Shown here: positions 14,111-25,800 of the stretch, in pieces
Numbering within the stretch: position 1 is the stretch's first letter
How the letters are laid out: each line of letters starts with the position of its first letter
Assembly: GCA_040954595.2 (NCBI GenBank)
Contig: CM082583.2
Coordinates: 3,109,060 to 3,173,059, forward strand
DNA from: Balanoglossus misakiensis
Taxonomy: Eukaryota; Animalia; Hemichordata
Length of the DNA stretch: 64,000 bases
Direction of reading: 5' to 3'
Program-made: the position numbers and the translations under genes
Notes under the pieces: model-generated
Told to the model about the DNA's origin: nothing
The model's database searches: none
The model's input: the letters and a program-made list of their open reading frames with translations, nothing else

Positions 14111-15810
14111 ATGAACTCAAATAACATACATTTGTCATCTCTGTACTGTCGGGGTTTAAGAGGTGATGAGAAAAGACGACAAATATTTCAGTGGTGTAGA
14201 GACCAAAAACCACATGTATTATTGCTACAAGAAACTTACTGGGACGAACAAATTCAAGATCAAATTTGCAGAGAGTGGAAAGGGAAAATGTTCCATTCTT
14301 TTGGTAATAACCACAGTTAAGGGGTTACGATTTTTGCCGATGAAAAATTGGATCATGAGATAAAGTATTCAAAAAGGGAGACAATTACTTGTATCTTTAG
14401 ATATCAATGGTGAAACATTTACTATAGTTAATATTTACGCACCAAATCAACCCAAAGAAAGGGAGCTTTTCTTTATGTCTTTGAAATGTTAGATTCAAAA
14501 ACATACGAATGGGGATGATTACGTGTTCATTGGAGATGATTTCAACACCGTTTTAGATGCGTAGGTTGATTCATTTGGAACGAAGTGTCATTCTGTTAAA
14601 TCTAAGAAACTGGACGGGATTTTGAAATCTTTTAAATTGTGTGATGTATGGCGAGAAATGAACCCTGCTAAACTACAGTTCACCTGGAGACAAGTTAACC
14701 GTGGAATTGCGAGTAGACTTGACTTTTGGTTTATTCCCCATGACTTTCTTTCTAGTGTTAACTCTGCCGATATTCGGCCGATTATTAGAACAGACCATAA
14801 TGTCATTTCCTAAAAGATTAGCCTGAAAAAATATTGTAAAGGCCCGGGATATTGGAAGCTAAATACGAGTCTACTCAAGGATGATAACTATAGAATAATA
14901 ATAAACAACGTCATAACACAAGCCATAACAAATTATCAAAAACTCTATGATTATAGAAATTTATTAGATTTAATTAAAGTGAAAGTCAAAGAAGGAAGTA
15001 TTAAATATGGAAGGGAAAAGGAAAAATATAAAAAAAGAGACAAGCAATAATTAAAGAACAGCTAAAAGAAATTGAAGATAAATTACTTAGAGATAACAGA
15101 GGAAAGGAAGACCTAATAAACATTTATGAAGACAAAAAGAGGGAACTAACTTAGCTATAAGTAAATAAACTACGTGGAATTCAAATTAGATCCAGGGTGA
15201 AGTGATACGAAGAAGGAGAAAGAAACAGTCGTTATTTCCTGGGACTAGAAAAGAAAAGGCTGATGGTTAATGATAAGTTTATTACAAAGACAGATGAGAT
15301 ATTAGCAGAAGAAAAGGCTTTTTATGAAGAACTTTATAAATCCAAAAGTGTTAATAACAGTAAAGTTAAAAAATACATAAATGACATTAAAATAGAGTCT
15401 AAGTTCAAAGCAAGTGAGGCATTAATGTGTGATGGTAAAGTTTCTGAGGAGGAATGTCTAAAAGCCATGCGCAGAATGAAAAGCAACAAAACACCAGGAC
15501 CAGATAGCATTCCTTTAGAATTTTACAGAGTGCTTTGGAAAAATATAGGTAAGACAGTAGTAGACGCTTTTAATGAAGGTTATAATAAGGGTGCGCTTGC
15601 CAATTCTCAGTGTAATGGTATCATAACGTTAATACATAAAAAGGAGTGTAGGCTTAATCTAAAAAATGGGAGGCCCATATCGCTGCGCAATCATGATTAC
15701 AAAATATTATCAAGCGTGTTAGCTAATAGATTAAATCAGGTTATACCTAAGTTGATTAGTACTGACCAAGTGGGCTATATTAAAAGACGTTTTAGTGGCC
15801 AAAACGTTCG
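14111..15810 (+). pseudogene. Decayed non-LTR retrotransposon ORF2 (L1/Tx1-type): APE endonuclease plus N-terminal part of the reverse transcriptase, 3'-truncated
   Basis: Motifs SLYCRGL, LLQET, VNIYAPN, DFN, SRLDFW, TDH, GPGYWKLN, EEGERNSRYF, KTPGPD, RPISL..DYKIL...LANRL, DQVGYIK; multiple stops and frameshifts; ends before the RT catalytic YADD motif. Confidence 0.9.
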
Positions 15811-15811
15811 G

Positions 15812-15858
15812 CTTAGTATCTCGTGCGCATGACTTAGTATCTCGTGCTCACGAGATAC
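15812..15858 (-). repeat. Internal remnant (2 units) of the 21-bp foldback repeat at the LINE breakpoint
   Basis: CTTAGTATCTCGTGCGCATGACTTAGTATCTCGTGCTCACGAGATAC matches the right-arm repeats. Confidence 0.9.
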
Positions 15859-16921
15859 TGCCTCATAGTATATTATTAGCACTGGCATTATTAACTAAAA
15901 AAGTATGAAGTTTCATACACTTTATTGCTGATGCTTGGTGATTTTCACTTTCATTATGAAAGGAAAGAAGCCATTCCTTTATATTTCAACATGGGTTTCA
16001 ACCATTGTGAAATGTTGGCTTTGAAAGCAAATATCACGATTTTATTCTGAGCTTGTGAAATTTATAGAGAATATTGTACAAGAATGGATTGCACAGACGA
16101 AAACACCAGTCAGATGCCACCGACGTTATATCATACCTAAGCTATCAACCGGTCGGCTATACATAAATACAGATGGATGAAATGTCTTCAACATGGTCCT
16201 GTAATTGTCAAAGAAAGCGCCCAGCTACTTCATCATATAGCTATCAATAAAATATGTCGTTAGCGACGTCGTAACCAGCATGTTCTTGACAAAAAATCCA
16301 AAGAAGTGACAATCCTACACTTCAAATTCTTTTGTCAGAATTAAAATAAGTTGTATTCCTGTGATTTGATACAGGAATGTATTACACATTACAAATCAAG
16401 CAAAAATCGTTTGGGGGTCTTATGATCGGAAGCGGCACTGTGATGCAGTTATTATATAGCACTGGAAGTCTAGTATATTTTGCTATTCTTAAACATTGAC
16501 GGTGGAGTGAATCATATTGTCCGGAACGCTGACGTGAATACATATGTTTCGAGTGATATTCTGCTATTTCTTGCTCCGAGAAGATTCGATGCATTGGCAA
16601 TAAGACTATGAGTATCAGATAAATTTAACTTCAATCCACAACTCTAAATTTGGCGACGTAGCCAATACCCGTTTCAGTGTTTAATAAGTGTATAACTCAA
16701 AGCAAAGCAAAATTTAGAACTATTACCCGATCTTCAAAACATTGAGATTAAATGCTCGAGACTCAGATCTGGAAAGCCCTTAGTCTGAAATTTAGCAGTG
16801 ACTTTCTGGTGACATTGAATGTGACATACATAATAATTAAACTGTCTGGCCAAGTAACCTCCCGCCCTTATCAGTTAAGCTTTGACTCCTTAGGTTCATT
16901 GCAATAACATGCGAAATTATT

Positions 16922-17129
16922 TCGTGAGCACGAGATAATTATTTCGTGAGCACGAGATAATTATCTCGTGAGCACGAGATAATTATCTCGTGCGCACGAC
17001 TTAGTATCTCGTGCTCACGACTTAGTATCTCGTGCGCACGACTTAGTATCTCGTGCGCACGACTTAGTATCTCGTGCTCACGACTTAGTATCTCGTGCTC
17101 ACGACTTAGTATCTCGTGCTCACGAGATA
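16922..17129 (-). repeat. 21-bp tandem repeat, about 10 copies (right arm of foldback element)
   Basis: Reverse complement of the 12098-12319 array. Confidence 0.95.
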
Positions 17130-18884
17130 AAACATTTTTTTTTGCTTTACGAAATGTCCCTTACGGGCTTTCATATATATGGGATTTCAAACAAAGATTA
17201 AATTAGTGATAATGCTTGACCTTGTACTATTGACAGAATGGAATGGACTTAAGCACACCAATACGTTTGGAGCAAAACGTTTGAGAACCAAACCTAGAAA
17301 TACATGTCTAAAACTTCTATTAAATGAATTAATTAAAGAATTTGTTGTTAAAATTTTGAATAGAGTGTAACTTTAGTCACGTTTGTATTAAAAGAGTGTC
17401 TCGTCTGTTTGGGTCAAAGGGAAGTTAGATAAATGTGCAGTGTAGTATTTGTATTTTTCTAGTCAACTCTTTCTAAACTACACTACATAAGACTAAGTTC
17501 ACTGCATGCGGTTTTGACGAGTCAGCCCGCGAGAGCGCCCTCTCGCGGCAAATAGTCCACTTTAAGTGTACGGATACCTTAGCAGAACTGTACACAGTAA
17601 GCGGTAACGGTCACTTTTTCAGGAATTAAATGACAAGAAACTGTCAAATGTCTCTGAGTCTAAGAACAGCTGTACTTCGGAAAGATTTGTATCTCTAGAA
17701 AATTTCATCAAATTTCAGATTTGTCAATCTTCAGTACTGCAGTCATGCGTAGACATCACATTCTCACTGAGAATATCTTAAAGCAATCACTTTACACTGA
17801 ACAAATTATCTGAAGGAAGCGCGCGAGTTTCAGGGAATCTCGGGGTCTCTGCCAGACTAAATACCTCCCGTTCTCTACATCCTCACCGTTTTGTCCTCCA
17901 ATTCTCTGTCTGCTCTGATGTCTTTGTCTGTCCGTATGTTCCTTTATACTAGTATAAGGTATTGTTAGAAAATGAAACCTGTCAGCATTGTATTCATTTC
18001 GGTCTGATTCGAGTATTATACTGATAGCGATTCAAATTCACAATAAAACCGATAATGGATTTTTTATTTTCATTTTGACGCCTTCAAATTCCCTTGCATT
18101 GACAAAACTATACAATAATACCAAATGTAGAAACATCAGTATAACCAATTTTACAGCTGATAACCAATAACAGTATACACATGTTGACTGGCCATGAGGC
18201 ATCAGCATACGTCTGTAACCCGAGGGACTGTGAGTCACCTCCAAAAACGGACGGTTTACTAACTCGAGGGACCCCTCAAATACACCATTTCAGCCGTATA
18301 TGGGTGTATGTAAATTGGCGGTGACCGTACACCTTTAATGTCTAGGGGTGCACCACACATTCAATGTAGTTTCAACTAAATCTGGCCATCTAGTCAAAAA
18401 ATGACAAAATCAAATTGATTAATCACACTTTAAAAAGTGAACATCAATAAACATGGGCTACCGGGCTTTAATTCACGTTCAATCATGTCTGTTATGCTTC
18501 ACGAATGTGATCACTCTGTGAGCGCTGTATGCCGTGAGCCACAGACACCCACCATTTGAAAACGCTCCAGTAACTTTTGCTGGAATTTGGTCGACTTAAG
18601 TCAATCTCTATTGCATGCTATTTGGATTATTTTATTGAATCGTTGAAAGTTATTATTTTTGTCAATTTTTACCAATAAACATGTGCTGTTCGAAATTGCT
18701 TCAGGAACTTTTTTTTTAATTTGCAGAAAAATTAATCGGGTAAATATCATTTGTTTGCTATTTAGATTCCATGATTGAATCATTGCAAGTGCTGTTTTGG
18801 GGGCATTTTTATAAGTATATGTTCTGCGCATGCGCGTTAGCAAGGGGTTTAGTCGAGTCGATGTGATCACCGGCCCGCCATCTT

Positions 18885-19003
18885 GTTTTTAGGTCCCATA
18901 GGGTATGATATGTACCATGGGACATTTAGTTGCGTCTGTACGTATGTATGGATGTATGTATGTATGGGATGTATGTCTGTTTGTCCGTCCACATCAAAAA
19001 CTT
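18885..19003 (-). mobile_element. Helentron/DINE-1-like (HINE) end fragment
   Basis: TTTTAGGTCCCAT..ATGGGAC stem plus (GTAT)n microsatellite; its reverse complement aligns by eye with 61960-62080. Confidence 0.65.
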
Positions 19004-19007
19004 TAGA

Positions 19008-19237
19008 AAGAAATTTATAATTGAGGTGTGAGGTGTCTCATTCCCTTTATTGCATAGTGTGTACATAGGATCAAGACGGCGAATGTTTTCGGCGGGGGGA
19101 GGGGGTCATCATATTTTTGGGTCTGTCAAAGGGTGGGGTCGTCATTTTTTGGTCCTGGGTGAAGGGGGTCGGCCTGATTTTGAAAACCGATGACAGAAAC
19201 TTGCCCCCCCCCCCAGCCGTAAAAACTGAACGGTCCC
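19008..19237 (+). mobile_element. Truncated Harbinger-like MITE family A (right end only)
   Basis: Closely matches 11516-11750 and ends ...AAAACTGAACGGTCCC followed by TAA. Confidence 0.88.
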
Positions 19238-22200
19238 TAAGTATCATGCCAATCAAATTTGAGTGAAGTGTAGAGTCAACCTTTACGTCAACATTAACCA
19301 GGCCACAGTGCACAGTATCATGCCCATCTACCAAAATTTAAGTGGTGTGTAGAGTCAACATTTGCGTCAACATTAACCAGGTCACAGTGGACAGTATCAT
19401 GCCCATCTACAAAATTTTAAGTGTTGTGTAGAGTCAACCTTTGTGTCAACATTAACCAGGCCACAGTGCACAGTATCATGCCCATCTACCAAAATTTAAG
19501 TGTTGTGTAGAGTCAACCTTTGCGTCAACATTAACCAGGCCATAGTGCACAGTATCATGCCCATCTACCAAAATTTAAGTGGTGTGTACAGTCAACCTTT
19601 GCGTCAACATTAACCAGGCCATAGTGCACAGTATCATGCCCATCTACCAAAATTTAGGCGGTGTGTACAGTCAACCTTTGCGTCAACATCAACCATGCCA
19701 TAGTGCACAGTATCATGCCCATCTACCAAAATTTAAGTGGTGTGTACAGTCAACCTTTGCGTCAACATTAACCAGGCCATAGTGCACAGTATCATGCCCA
19801 TCTACCAAAATTTAAGTGGTGTGTAGAGTCAACCTTTGCGTCAACATTAACAAGGCCATAGTGGCCATCTACCAAAATTAAAGTGGTGTGTAGAGTCAAC
19901 GTTTGCGTCAACATTAACAAGGCCATAGTGGCCATCTACCAAAATTTAAGTGGTGTGTAGAGTCAACCTTTGCGTCAACATTAACCAGGCCATAGTGCAC
20001 AGTATCATGCCCATCTACCAAAAATTAAGTGGTGTGTAGAGTCAACCTTTGCGTCAACATTAACCAGGCCACAGTGCACAGTATCATGCCCATCTACCAA
20101 AATTTAAGTGTTGTGTAGAGTCAACCTTTGCGTCAACATTAACCAGGCAATAGTGCACAGTATCATGCCCATCTACCAAAATTTAAGTGGTGTGTAGAGT
20201 CAACCTTTGCGTCAACATTAACCAGGCCATAGTGCACAGTATCATGCCCATCTACCCAAATTAAAGTGGTATGAAGAGTCAACGTTTGCGTCAACATTAA
20301 CCAGGCCATAGTGCACAGTATCATGCCCATCTACCCAAATTAAAGTGGTGTGTAGAGTCAACGTTTGCGTCAACATTAATCAGGCCACAGTGGACAGTAT
20401 CATGCCCATCTACCAAAATTTAAGTGGTGTGTAGAGTCAACGTTTGCGTCAACATTAACAAGGCCATAGTGGCCATCTACCCAAATTAAAGTGGTATGTA
20501 GAGTCAACGTTTGCGTCAACATTAACAAGGCCATAGTGGCCTTCTACCAAAATTTAAGTGGTGTGTAGAGTCAACGTTTGCGTCAACATTAACAAGGCCA
20601 TAGTGGCCATCTACCAAAATTTAAGTGGTGTGTAGAGTCAACCTTTGCGTAAACATTAACCAGGCCACAGTGGACAGTATCATGCCCATCTACCAAAATT
20701 TAAGTGGTGTGTAGAGTCAACGTTTGCGTCAACATTAACAAGGCCATAGTGGCCATCTACCAAAATTTAAGTGGTGTGTATAGTCAACCTTTGCGTCAAC
20801 ATTAACAAGGCCATAGTGGCCATCTACCAAAATTTAAGTGGTGTGTAGAGTCAACCTTTGCGTCAACATTAACCAGGCCACAGTGGACAGTATCATGCCC
20901 ATCTACCAAAATTAAAGTGGTGTGTAGAGTCAACCTTTGCGTCAACATTAACAAGGCCATAGTGGCCATCTACCAAAATTTAAGTGGTGTGTAGAGTCAA
21001 CCTTTGCGTCAACATTAACCAGGCCATAGTGCACAGTATCATGCCCATCCACCAAAAATTAAGTGGTGTGTAGAGTCAACCTTTGCGTCAACATTAACCA
21101 GGCCACAGTGCACAGTATCATGCCCATCTACCAAAATTTAAGTGTTGTGTAGAGTCAACCTTTGCGTCAACATTAACCAGGCAATAGTGCTCAGTATCAT
21201 GCCCATCTACCAAAATTTAAGTGGTGTGTAGAGTCAACCTTTGCGTCAACATTAACCAGGCCATAGTGCACAGTATCATGCCCATCTACCCAAATTAAAG
21301 TGGTATGAAGAGTCAACGTTTGCGTCAACATTAACCAGGCCATAGTGCACAGTATCATGCCCATCTACCCAAATTAAAGTGGTGTGTAGAGTCAACGTTT
21401 GCGTCAACATTAACCAGGCCACAGTGGACAGTATCATGCCCATCTACCAAAATTTAAGTGGTGTGTAGAGTCAACGTTTGCGTCAACATTAACAAGGCCA
21501 TAGTGGCCATCTACCCAAATTAAAGTGGTATGTAGAGTCAACGTTTGCGTCAACATTAACAAGGCCATAGTGGCCTTCTACCAAAATTTAAGTGGTGTGT
21601 AGAGTCAACGTTTGCGTCAACATTAACAAGGCCATAGTGGCCATCTACCAAAATTTAAGTGGTGTGTAGAGTCAACCTTTGCGTAAACATTAACCAGGCC
21701 ACAGTGGACAGTATCATGCCCATCTACCAAAATTTAAGTGGTGTGTAGAGTCAACGTTTGCGTCAACATTAACAAGGCCATAGTGGCCATCTACCAAAAT
21801 TTAAGTGGTGTGTATAGTCAACCTTTGCAGTCCGAACGCAGGTCAGCCATTTGACCGTTAATTGCCCAGTTTTCTAGTTCTGGTGACGCCCTCAACGTTC
21901 TGTCGTACACGTAACCGGAAGTGGCATGCGAAAGTCCCGCGCTTTTTTTAATGCCAAGTTTAACAAGCAAGGACCGCAGTTCAATGATTCAAATTGATAA
22001 AATGGCCAAAATTATATCTAAATTACACATCTGTGTGGTTTTTTGGTGGAAAAACATGTTTTCTTTGCAAAAATGACCGAATTACAGAGTGACCCCAGAA
22101 CAACTAAAATCAAAACATGCCGCACTTCCGGGTTTTTTCGAACTGCCGCACTTTTATATAAAAAGGAATTTTTAAATTTAAATATGATTTTCAGTGAATT

Positions 22201-22858
22201 TGATATATTTTGCAATAAAATTAAAAAAATCATGATGCAACCCCCAGAAGCCTTTGCTCAAGCGCTCCTCGTAAATTCGCCCCGATGTGACGCAATAGCC
22301 TCAGATTGGCGGTATACTTGGTCCGGTTACCAGCGTTGAATCGTCGCTCTGCAATCATCCAATCTTGCATTGCACGATGGCTCGTAATTGACCACTTTTT
22401 TCGCTGTATTTTAGCGTATAAGTATTTTTTCCTCTCTTTCTATCCTTCTTGTATTCCTCTCTTTCTATCTCTGTTTTATGAAAACGTGCCGTACGTTTGT
22501 TGCGAGAGTAGAATAGAGGTGCTTGGCGCGCGCGCTTGTCTCGACTGTCATAGCCGGTCAGTCTACGGACTGTCTACGGTTATGGGGACATTGGCACTAG
22601 TATTTGTGGTCGGTTTATACTTTTTGTTCGTTTCACGGAGTTTTTGTTACTCTGGTTGGATTATTGGAGGTTGGTTTTGTTTTGGCGGCAATAATTGTCA
22701 TTGGCGCGCTTTGTCGATTTGGAAGGTTGTAGTCTACAGATCGTGGACGGTCAGACTGGTCTAGTCTTTCGTTGTTGGTGTTATTATTATATTATAGTTC
22801 GACTGTGTTTTAAGGGATTTAGTCCAATCAGTCGGTGTTGTCATTGTCTGGTTGCAGT

Positions 22859-25800
22859 ATGGGGTTAGGCAGCCTCATCAGTTGTGTTGGCCGTCAAGCT
22901 AGCAATTTTGCTATGCATTTGTCAAGTGTCCATAAACAGACAGTTTCTCGAACTAACAGAAACAAATTTAGAATTTCTGTGTTAACTGCAAACAACACCT
23001 GGCAAAATCTTGTCAGCAAACATAACTGCAGTCCTGCTATTTCATTTGGCACTGTGCTCAAGGTTTTAAAACATAAATTGCAGGGTGCCAATCCATGGCG
23101 ACATCCTGAAACATGTACAGAGTACAATGAATTTGATTTTTTATGTGGTTATGTATTGATGATATATATATCCTCAGTTTTCCTTGCCCATGAGATACTT
23201 GTTAAAAAAAAGTTCCCATTTCATGTCACATTGCCAGATCAGTCTGTTGTCTCGTACATATGTGCTTCACCACTGATACCATCATCTGTTATTACAAACT
23301 ATATACTAGAGAAAGTGGGAATCCCATGCACTGCATATAAATTGATTGCTAATGGGAAACCCATTGTCGAGAGGTCGATACTTGACCATACTGTTCATAG
23401 TAGTCTGTCTCTAAATATAACTGGGTTTGGGGGAGGGAAAAAATCTGGTGATTTAGTACATCCAGGTAAATCATGTGGCCCATGTGTTGTCTGTGGTAGT
23501 GATTCAAAGACCAGATATTATCATTTATGTTGCAAAGAAAATGACAACATGGTTCAACACATAATTGTTAATTACAAAACAAGATTGAACGAGCCTTTAT
23601 CCAAAAGTGATTGCATATGTAGCAGTTGTGACAGGAAAATGATTAGGAAGTTCAATTCACCTGTTGATGTGAGTCAATCAAAGCGCTCAAAAACAAGTAC
23701 ATCACAGTGTACTCTGAGCAAATTCAATTTATGTACAGCAAAGGCAGATCACGATGGTGCTCCCATTGCAACTTATGAACAACTGTTCTCTATGCTCAAA
23801 GTAGCAGCAAACTTTGAAGGCCTGCCAAAAGATATGCCATTATGCCACCACCATTACTGTGAAATCAACAATTTTGTGAAGGGCAAGGTTCCAGTGCCAT
23901 GTAGCATTTGTTCGGTGCTAATTCCAGCCAAACAAAGAAAGTATAAGATAAATGATCCAGACGTAATCATGAAATTTATTAAACACATTAAGATTGATGT
24001 TGACTTTGTCAGGAAGGATGATATTATTTGTGGTGCATGCAGTACGGCTTGTTCAAAGTACATTAGGACAGAATTTGGAGTTGACAGGGTAAAAGCAGCA
24101 TCAAAAGTATTCATGCGATCACTGTGTGAAGGTTACAAAGATGTAACATGCTGTGGTGAAAATTCTATTGAAGAATTTGCATTGGCATCGGCAATTTTAT
24201 TTGTGTGCAAAGAGTTTGAAGAGGATCGGGCAGTTTTTCTTTCATCTGCATATAGTGTTTACTTGAAAGTACTGCAAAGAAATACTGCCAAGTATGGAAC
24301 ATCTGATAATTATGAGTCAATGAAAAAGAATAGGAAATGGCTGATGGTAAAACTTCAGGGAGTATTTGGAGATTGTATGGTTTCCCATTCAAATCCTATG
24401 TACAAAAGGTTGGGGACATTACTAAGGAGGTGTGGGTCTTCACTGGAGGACTGCATGCTTTTCACTCTGTCTGCTGCAAAAAGCAAAATGGAAAATTTAG
24501 AAAAACAAATAAATTCTCTAGACGAACTGAACAAGTCACTGCTTGCAGATATGCCCTCTCATGACGTTAATGCACATCTTCGTGTGGCTGGCGAGTTTCT
24601 GAAATCTAAAGTCTGTGAAATGACAGAGAAGTTAATGTCAAAACAAAGTAAAGATGAGTTTGACATCACGACAATGTGTTTAAGTGACTTTGTTTCACAA
24701 GACATTGATCCATATCTGTGGAATTTTATTTTCAAGCTAACCATGACTCAAACTGAACAGGCTGATTTCTTTCAAAATGAAATTGACACGTTTGACTGGA
24801 AGGAATGTTATACTCTAAATATTAATGACAAAACGCAGAATTATCACCTTGGTCGTTTAATGAAGCGTTTATATATTGTCTCATGCATTATATATGCTAA
24901 CAATGCAGAGTGTAATTATCCATTGCATATGGCATTGGCTGATGTTGTCGACAAATTCAGTAATTCATCTTCTGAATGTTTGAAAATTTTGAACAGATTT
25001 GGTGCTGTGTCGTCCAAAGACAGCTTACAGCGATATAAGGTTGGCATATCTGAGAAAACAATGCTAGAAGGCCCGAAGATTAGTAATGAAACTTTCACTA
25101 CTGTCTCTGTTGACAACGTGGACAAACTGAGTTCGTATGCAACAGTCAAATCCAGCCAATTAGGGAGGGGATTTAATGGAACGTCTGTTCAGGCGGTAGA
25201 GAGTAAACCATCCCTGTCTCTTACTGATGAAGACTTTCCACCTTTCCGCAGACAATCATTGAAAACAAAAGCTGGAGAGTATCTTAAAGTTGTTGCAGTC
25301 AGCCATGATAATTCATTGTTAAGAGCAATTACAGCTCACAGCATTTGCTCACTGAGACACTGCAGTCGTGATGAAGTTGGAAAACCCACCTCAGTTGAGC
25401 TACTTGCACAAGAGAACAACTTAATGGCTAAAATCAGAAATGAACTCGTAGATTGTCTGGAACAAAACAGAGAACACATTGAACAACTTGACCCAACTAT
25501 GTATGATTCTTTTCTGCTTAAAGGTGACTCTCCTGATAAATATATTGACTTTGATCATAGATGTGTGGAAGTAAGGAATGGTGCTACTTGTGGTGTTCCT
25601 GAAATAATAGCTCTGTGTTACAGCACTGCCCAAGCTGTTGTCATATATAGAGAGGATAATGGTCAATATACTGAAATCTGCAAATATGGAGCTGGTTGTT
25701 TTCCAGATTCCCAGCCAATTCAACTCTTGCTTTCACATCATCAAGGTAATGAATATTACCAATTACTAATGAGTGAAAGCTTATATTATGATGAGCAATC

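Larger units (their letters stand above)
12048..17175. mobile_element. Foldback-like non-autonomous DNA element with about 840-bp inverted arms, carrying a LINE fragment
   Basis: 12048-~12889 is the reverse complement of ~16337-17175; termini TATGAAAGCCC...GGGCTTTCATA; flanked by TATATG at 12042-12047 and 17176-17181 (candidate 6-bp TSD). Confidence 0.85.

Noticed and set aside
22043-22764. 98-aa and 152-aa ORFs upstream of the transposase as a second Academ gene
   Set aside because: Non-ATG starts, T-rich low-complexity composition and no recognisable motifs; more likely leader sequence
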